A stretch of 64,000 bases of DNA from Eledone cirrhosa (taxonomy: Eukaryota): assembly GCA_964016885.1 (NCBI GenBank), contig OZ024743.1:198338001-198402000 (forward strand), in the 5' to 3' direction. Shown here in pieces: positions 56,921 through 64,000 of this stretch (its first letter is position 1; each line of letters starts with the position of its first letter). Position numbers and translations under genes: made by a program. The notes beneath the pieces were generated by a model, which was given only the letters and a program-made list of their open reading frames with translations, ran no database searches and was not told where the DNA came from.

Positions 56921-57102
56921 ATTGTTTCTACTTTTGGCACAAGGCCAGCAATTACTCAGTACATTACTGGTACTTTATTCTAACGACCCTGTAAGGATGA
57001 AAGGCAAAGTTCACCTCGCGGGATTTGAACTCAGTTCGTAAAGGGACGTAACTGTACTGCAAAGCATGGTGTCTGACCCTCTACCGATACTGCCAATCCA
57101 CC
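56921..57102 (-). mobile_element. SINE copy 3 (internal deletion near the 3' end)
   Basis: Plus strand: ggcacaaggccagcaatt ... actggtacttt ... gaccctgtaaggatgaaaggcaaagttcacctcgcgggatttgaactcag ... ctaccgatactgccaatccacc; closely parallels copy 1. Confidence 0.85.
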
Positions 57103-57164
57103 ATGGTTTAGATCGATATCCAGTGATTTCGAGCTCGTTTACAATTTGCTTATTTTTCGTGGTG

Positions 57165-57369
57165 AAATGATGCTTTTCAACATAACACAAGGTAAAATAT
57201 TTTCTGCGATATGAGGGGTAGTCGATTATACCAGCTCCGGTACTTCACTGGTTCATTAATTTACCGATCACAGAGAGGTGAAAGTCAACGTTAACTTCCA
57301 CGAGGTTCGAAACTAGAGTGTATACATTTCACCCGACACACTAAAGACTCTGCCTATCCAGCACCCTTA
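57165..57369 (-). mobile_element. Diverged SINE copy 4
   Basis: acacaagg ... gtcgattatacc ... actggt ... gaaagtcaacgttaac ... ggttcgaaact ... actctgcctatccagcaccctt in the same order as copies 1 and 3. Confidence 0.6.
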
Positions 57370-57377
57370 CATGGTGA

Positions 57378-57590
57378 ACTAATAGCTCTTAACTTCGACA
57401 CAGTCTCAGAAAATTAGGGCAAAAAAGAAAGTCGATTACATCAACCTCAATACTTTACTGGTATTTTACTTTATCGACTCCGGTTTGATAAAAACAAAAT
57501 TGACATCGATGGGACTTGAACTCAGGTACAATATACATTGGAAAGCACTTTGTCACCCGCTCTATCAATCCTCCTAATCTGCTAGTCTCA
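57378..57590 (-). mobile_element. Diverged SINE copy 5
   Basis: gacacag ... gtcgattacatcaacc ... actggtattttactttatcgactcc ... gacttgaactcag ... cgctctatcaatcctcctaatc. Confidence 0.65.
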
Positions 57591-57689
57591 TACATGGTGA
57601 AATAATTCTTTTTAACATAGACTCGACCACCCCAATTTACACCAACAGCATCAACACCGAGAACAATAACAACAAACCCATCATGAAAT

Positions 57690-57887
57690 AAAGCCCCAGG
57701 CTAGACATTTTTTGCGAGGGGAAAGTCGAATATACCAATCCATTACTTTGTTTTATCAACACTGGAAAGGGGAAAAGCAATGTCGCTCCCAGTGGTATTT
57801 GAACTCAGAACGAAAAAGTACATAACTAAATGCCAGAAATAATATTTGTCAGACGCCATAATAATTTCACCAAGCCAACCAACTTCA
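57690..57887 (-). mobile_element. Diverged SINE copy 6
   Basis: ggggaaagtcgaatatacc ... ttttatcaacactggaaagggg ... gcaatgtcg ... atttgaactcagaacg ... tgtcagacgcc. Confidence 0.6.
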
Positions 57888-59150
57888 GATATGGTGGAAA
57901 CATACAAACAAAAACATTTAGGTAGAAATTATATTTGAGAAACAACTTCCGAGTTACTTAAAGAGAATCTAAATATCATAAATAGTGGGGTTTGTCACTA
58001 AAATGTATAAGAAATCATAGGAAAGTTATTAAATGTGTGAATGGCATGTTAGCTTTTAACATAAATAACACATTAGCTGACTATTTAGTTTAGTCATTTC
58101 TATAAACTAAACTAAAAATATCAGACATGGCAGTTATTTGGACCATTCTAACAAGTTAGCGATATTGTCAATGAAATACCGAAGACGCTGTAAGTTGTAA
58201 CAGCTGATGTAAATCGGTTGGTTTTCTTTTTTTAAAATTATTTTTTCGAGAAAACGAAATAAAATCTAAATCTTCTCGTAATTGTATCCATTAAAACTAT
58301 ATATATATTTTGCTCTATAGTATAATAATGAATGAACTCTAAAGTATCAAGTTGTATGCGTGCCGAAAAATTGGAATTGGAAATGCTTCGAGTGCTTGAA
58401 CATTAGATATGTTTGTTATAGGCATTATTTGCCGACTGTCTCATGTTAGTTTTTCTTATTGCTGTGGTTATTTTTTGTTTCGTTTAATATAAATGTTGAC
58501 TTTTATTTTTAAAGGTTATTTCAGATGAAATTATATTTCTATTGCCACCATGAGCGGTCTTCCTGGAGTTGAATTGTTGGTAGATACGGACGATTAAACC
58601 TCACTTGAAGACATTAATACTAGGTAGGTATAGTAACGGAAGGAAATGGCCAACCATAGCCATCATCTAGAAGATTGAACAAGCTATTTAGTACAGTTGG
58701 ATGGGGAGAGGATGGAAACGTATTTTGGAGTAGAAGTTTCATTGATCTCAAAATATCAGCTGTACTCAAAGACCTCATGGAGCAGAATAGATGCCTGGTT
58801 TATATTAATACAGTTGATATGCCTTTTGTTATTGGTTCAGTTATTGTTATCACAAGAACGATGGATGAGATAACACGATAGGGGTAGGTTACTAAAGTTA
58901 AAACACAAAATCCGTTTGTATGAAAAGCGACAAAAAGTTTTTGAGAGAAACACAGTTTGACTCCAAAGTAAAACGCTGTTATCAAGAAATTAATTAGAAT
59001 AAAATAGATACAGCCACAGCACCAGCAGCAAAAGAACTAAAACAAGTTGGAAGAGGTGCATTAACAAGAGTTTTTCAATGCAAGAAATACCGAATCTGAA
59101 CATTTGAAGGAGTCCATTGCAACAAAATAAATTAACAAATTCTATCTCCC

Positions 59151-59347
<197 letters not shown>

Positions 59348-59446
59348 CAGCCTGCTGGTGAGTAATAAGATATTACTCTAGCGGTCACCTTTTTGAGCAC
59401 TGTATACTTTTACCTGAATTGGATTTTCAGTGTTAGCATGTATTAA

Positions 59447-59722
59447 TACCGTCCTTGGCAAGAACTGGAGCTGGATCAATCTGATTGTAGTGCAGGATTT
59501 CGGTCTTCTTTGCATTGAGAAGCAGTCCTATTTTGCTTGATTCAACCTCGACACATGTGAGCAGTGCTTGAGCTTGGCTGTTTTCCTCTGTCATCAAGGC
59601 AATGTCATCAGCGAAGTCTGTGTCAATGACAACATTTGGATGGTGACGACAGCTTTTCCTTCGATCCAATTCGAACGCATCTCTTTTTCCTTCCCATGAA
59701 TGGCCTGTCTCATTGCATAATC
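59447..59722 (-). mobile_element. RTE-clade LINE reverse-transcriptase fragment (inverted 5' part of the 59447-60045 insertion)
   Basis: Minus-strand translation DYAMRQAIHGKEKE...(frameshift)...RRKSCRHHPNVVIDTDFADDIALMTEENSQAQALLTCVEVESSKIGLLLNAKKTE. Contains the catalytic FADD motif and the downstream GLxxNxxKT motif of non-LTR RTs. Confidence 0.88.
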
Positions 59723-60045
59723 GCTCTCAACATTTCTTGGAAACAGAAGCTGACAAATAAAAACTATACAGATCACTACCACCAATCAAAAAGGTTGCTT
59801 GCCGACGAATGAAACTGGCTGGGCACTGCATCCGTCATCCAGAAGAGACAGCATCACAATTTGTGCTCTGGAAACCGGCGGTCGAACGAAGATGCGTGGG
59901 AAGACAGGCCGTCTCATTCATTGATACTCTGCTAAGAGATGCCAACATTGATATCATCGACGAACTGAGAAATGTCATGCTCGACGGGGAGGATTGGAGA
60001 AAGCGTGCTGAATCTTTGCGAGTGTAAACTCGGCCAAAGAAGAAG
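59723..60045 (+). mobile_element. RTE-clade LINE 3' end (C-terminal domain, short 3' UTR, (AAG)n tail)
   Basis: Plus-strand ALNISWKQKLTNK..LYRSLPPI..KVACRRMKLAGHCIRHPEETASQFVLWKP...GRQAVSFIDTL...DGEDWR*, the typical RTE C-terminus (RRxxxAGHxxR...W...GR...W), followed by aagaagaag. Confidence 0.88.
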
Positions 60046-60106
60046 ATGTATTAACACTGGCATTTGTTTCTTAATGGCATAATATGCAGAGTGGTTATAT
60101 TAAGAA

Positions 60107-61030
60107 CTAGCAGTGGTACCCGGCGTTGCACGGGATAAGGTATTTTGGAAGGCGGGTCGCCAACAGACCTAATCGTGGAAAAACTGCATGCCTCGACAAT
60201 ATGTAAAGAAAATAAACCGAATACTCTGATGGCTGGATAATCTTTAAGATTTTCCTCGATAAAGCATGAAAAATGCAGGTTTTCACCTAATGCGGGCCCT
60301 AGGGGATCAAGAAAATGAATTTTTTTATTGTGCATAATATGCCTTGAAATTTCGGGAAAATCGGCTAGACGTAACGCCTCCAAAAAGCCCTAAAAAGCTG
60401 AAAAAAATGAAGTTTTTCACCTAGTCCATAAAAAAAGTTGGATTTTCTTTGCTCACGGTATGAAGAAGAGACTGACTAATACATAGTTACAATTTCAAGG
60501 AAATCTGTCTGACGTAACGCCTCAAAAAACCCATAAAAAGCTTTAAAAACGCAGTTTTTCACCTAATGCGGGCCCTAGGAGATTAAAAAAAAAGTAGAAT
60601 TGTATGTGCATAACACTCCCTGAAACATATGTAATACACATGTAAAGTTTGAAAACAATCGGTTGGGTACTTCTCGAATTTTAGGGATTCAACCTCACAG
60701 ACACACACACACAGACAGACATCCTCAGGGAAGTGACGTAATGCAGACAGTCAGAAATACAGACAGATATTATAAGGGCGCGACGTTATATGTATGTATC
60801 TATCTAAAAAGAGAAAGACTAAGAATTATAGAGAGAGATCGCTAAATCGCCTAATGCGTTCCATAGGGCACTGAAAATTTGAAATTTCTTTTGCTCAGAA
60901 CACCCCCTGAAACATAAGTAATACATGTGTAAAGTTTGAAAATAGTCGGTTGGGTGGTTCTCGAGTTTTAGGGATTCAAATTCACACACACACACACACA
61001 CACATATATCCTCAGTTTTATATATATAGA
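60107..61030 (-). mobile_element. Non-autonomous Helitron, 924 bp, both termini intact
   Basis: Minus strand starts A|TCTATATATATAAAA (61030) and ends CCCGTGCAACGCCGGG hairpin (60119-60134) + TACCACTG-CTAG|T (60107). Inserted between A and T with no TSD; carries a subterminal microsatellite and internal sub-repeats. Confidence 0.85.
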
Positions 61031-61470
61031 TGATAGATTTAAGTTTCAATGTAAAATATTTTATTTTTAATGATGTGTATCACGTATTTCGCGCAAATGA
61101 TTGTAATTTTAATCGATTAAAACCATCTTCGTATAAGAGATTGATTTCCTCACCAGGCAGAGGTTGGCATTAGAATCAGATAGATTTGGTCTCTGAAAAT
61201 TTCAAATAGTATCAATAGATACCATCATAAATACATACTCTGATATATACATATCTTCGAAATCAGTCGCATGGACGGATTCATTTGACAAGTACCTTCT
61301 ATATACAAGGACATGTTAGGTCATGTCCAGAAGCATTTCATGATACATCCTCTCATGGCTTTCCTTGGGCTAAACAAAATCTATAAATGCTTTGAGACAA
61401 TACAGCTTACGTGGATACATAAATTGATAAAGAAAATAATGCATCCTGTTTTTCTTTCTTTAAACAAGGA

Positions 61471-61605
61471 CACAAACACGCACACGCTGATACACAGACA
61501 CATACATAAATACACATACATAAACACACATACATAAATACACATACATAAACATACATACATAAATACAATACATAAACATACATACATAAATACACAT
61601 ACATT
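61471..61605. repeat. ACAT/ACAC-rich degenerate micro/minisatellite
   Basis: Repeated acacatacataaa[c/t] units; similar tracts continue at ~61680-61835. Confidence 0.8.
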
Positions 61606-61964
61606 GCACAATTTTTCGTTGTCATGCCTCTAAGGCAAGAACGTTAATGGAACGGAAAAGTAATCAACTCTACACCCGCACATCCATACATACATGATAT
61701 ACATACATTCATACAGAAACAAACCCAAATATATATATATATATATACATGAATAAATACCTTCATACATATACACTTACATACATCAAACATACATATA
61801 TACATACATACATGCATGCATACATACATACACAAACGAAAACATATTAACAGAAAAACAAAAGACGTATACACTAGGATGGAAGTAGTAGACTAAACAA
61901 CATAGGGCTTTGTAACATACTGGGTGCAGTCTAATAGGCGAAACCGATATAAGTGTATAAGAAT

Positions 61965-62213
<249 letters not shown>

Positions 62214-62339
62214 GAGAAATAAGATATCGCTGCAAGCATAGGTTTATACAATATGTATAGAAATTTCGTATTTCTAAAGAAATACTATTTTAGAAAGCGT
62301 AGCTATGCAAACACCGGGGAGGGGAGGGGGGGGGGGGGC

Positions 62340-62358
62340 TAACGCCCTCTGGTGGTGT
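62340..62358 (-). promoter_or_regulatory. CTCF-like binding motif
   Basis: Minus strand ACACCACCAGAGGGCGTTA versus the canonical CTCF consensus TGGCCACCAGGGGGCGCTA. Motif match only, no binding evidence. Confidence 0.45.
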
Positions 62359-62379
62359 CCAGCAGAAGCAAGGGGGACA

Positions 62380-62423
62380 ACCGTCTATGCATTTCAGGCT
62401 TGACTGGCTTTCGTCAGGACGGT
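62380..62423 (-). ncRNA. Minimal type I hammerhead ribozyme (Penelope-like-element type)
   Basis: Minus strand ACCGUC-CUGACGA-AAGC-cagucaa-GCCU-GAA-AUGCAU-A-GACGGU. Perfect 6-bp stem I, CUGANGA and GAAA core boxes, 4-bp stem II with one A.C mismatch, palindromic stem III (AUGCAU), AUA cleavage triplet. Confidence 0.8.
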
Positions 62424-62536
62424 CCCTCCCACCGCTGGCTACTTCTGGACTTGAAAACAGTCGAGAATATATAGTTTTCCCGTCTGTGTAAATGAGGTGA
62501 TTAATCTCATTTGCATATGAAGCTGCATAAGTTGGC

Positions 62537-62695
62537 TCATGAGAGCTTGCGCCTCCTGTTATTAGTGACTGATTGTGGTTTCCAAAGCACTAACGGGGAC
62601 ACAGCCTCGTAGGTGGCACGACGGCAGTGGCCAGCAAATCTTACTCTGCTCTTATATACAACGACAGATATGCGTGGGAGGCCGGCATTAGTCAT
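62537..62695 (-). mobile_element. Second RTE-clade LINE C-terminal fragment (different family from 59723-60045)
   Basis: 52-codon minus-strand frame MTNAGLPRISVVVYKSRVRFAGHCRRATYEAVSPLVLWKPQSVTNNRRRKLS*; aligns with the LPPI...LAGHCIRHPEETASQFVLWKP segment at 59.8 kb. Confidence 0.75.
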
Positions 62696-62709
62696 TTATA
62701 ATTAGTCGT

Positions 62710-62940
62710 TTAGTTTACGTACTGAAGAATATGATTAATGTCGTGAATGTGGCTGGCGAGGTCTGCGAGAAAGGGAGCGAGGTGGGTGTTAAGGTATAGA
62801 GAGATTATTCCAGTTGCAAGCGTTAAATGATAGAATGGCCAGGATAAATACGTTTATGTAATCTTAGGGAGGAAGTAGAATTTGAGAGTGCAAGGTGTGC
62901 GTACTATAATGACTGTAGCAGTGAAGGGAGGTGTAAACCT
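62710..62940 (-). mobile_element. Penelope-like element reverse-transcriptase N-terminal fragment (frameshifted)
   Basis: Minus strand PFTATVIIVRTPCTLKFYFLPKI/HKRIYPGHSII/LATGIISLYLNTHLAPFLADLASHIHDINHILQYVN*. Matches the PLE RT signature FYxLPKIHK...PGRPII...ISxYLDxxLxP...SHIxDTxHxL. Confidence 0.8.
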
Positions 62941-63251
62941 TCTTTTATATCCACTCACTTCCTACCCAGGCATAGAGGCTTACCCTGATTTGTGGTCTCG
63001 CCGGTCTCAGCTTTCCAAACTTTATATATATATATATATATATATACAATGTGGTCTACCATTCGTGGTAGTAGGGTCTATAGCGTAGTTGAATCTCAAC
63101 ACAATCTGTTAGCAAAGAAGACGACATGATCCCATCCATATACTATGTCTGATAGTATAGAGTTCTCTAACTGTTATAGATCAGTCAATATAGCAATGAA
63201 TGCAATATGTAAAATAACTTAACTTTGTTATCATTGTAAAACTAATATGTA

Positions 63252-63345
<94 letters not shown>
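63252..63345. repeat. (TA)n microsatellite
   Basis: Directly visible. Confidence 0.95.

Positions 63346-64000
<655 letters not shown>

Noticed and set aside
56378-57807. tRNA genes (B-box GAGTTCAAATC hits)
   Set aside because: The boxes belong to SINE heads; no cloverleaf can be formed.
58084-58116. Inverted repeat tttagtttag / ctaaactaaa
   Set aside because: Short, AT-rich and low complexity; no TSD or further MITE structure seen.
58549-59130. Possible degraded coding sequence (68-aa plus-strand ORF at 58675-58881 and neighbours)
   Set aside because: Many stops in every frame and no motif I can recognise; not supportable without a homology search.

Overview
Eukaryotic, repeat-dominated DNA, probably from an octopod cephalopod (judged only from the tRNA-derived SINE family at 56.2-57.9 kb). 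No intact protein-coding gene is supported. Bases 1-~54770 are one uninterrupted, G/T-strand-biased satellite of a 38-bp monomer (consensus CT[G/A/C]TAAGTATGGATGTGAG[A/T]GGGTGATGTAATCGGTTT, about 1,440 copies by length). It contains nested higher-order duplications (190 bp, 1201 bp, ~2.3-3.3 kb, ~3.9 kb, ~13-15 kb), and all minus-strand ORFs listed there are by-products of the repeat. The last ~9 kb holds, in order: a frameshifted low-complexity ORF remnant abutting the satellite; six SINE copies; a 5'-inverted RTE-type LINE with a 9-bp target-site duplication; a complete non-autonomous Helitron; a minus-strand composite of Penelope-like RT fragment, RTE 3' fragment, minimal hammerhead ribozyme and CTCF-like motif; a possible solo LTR; and many microsatellites. 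The most interesting signals are the hammerhead ribozyme with its Penelope/RTE context, the twin-priming-like RTE inversion, the similarity of the satellite monomer to the neighbouring SINE, and the two 5' splice-site hexamers toggled by the monomer's two main polymorphic positions. All coordinates and alignments were done by eye.
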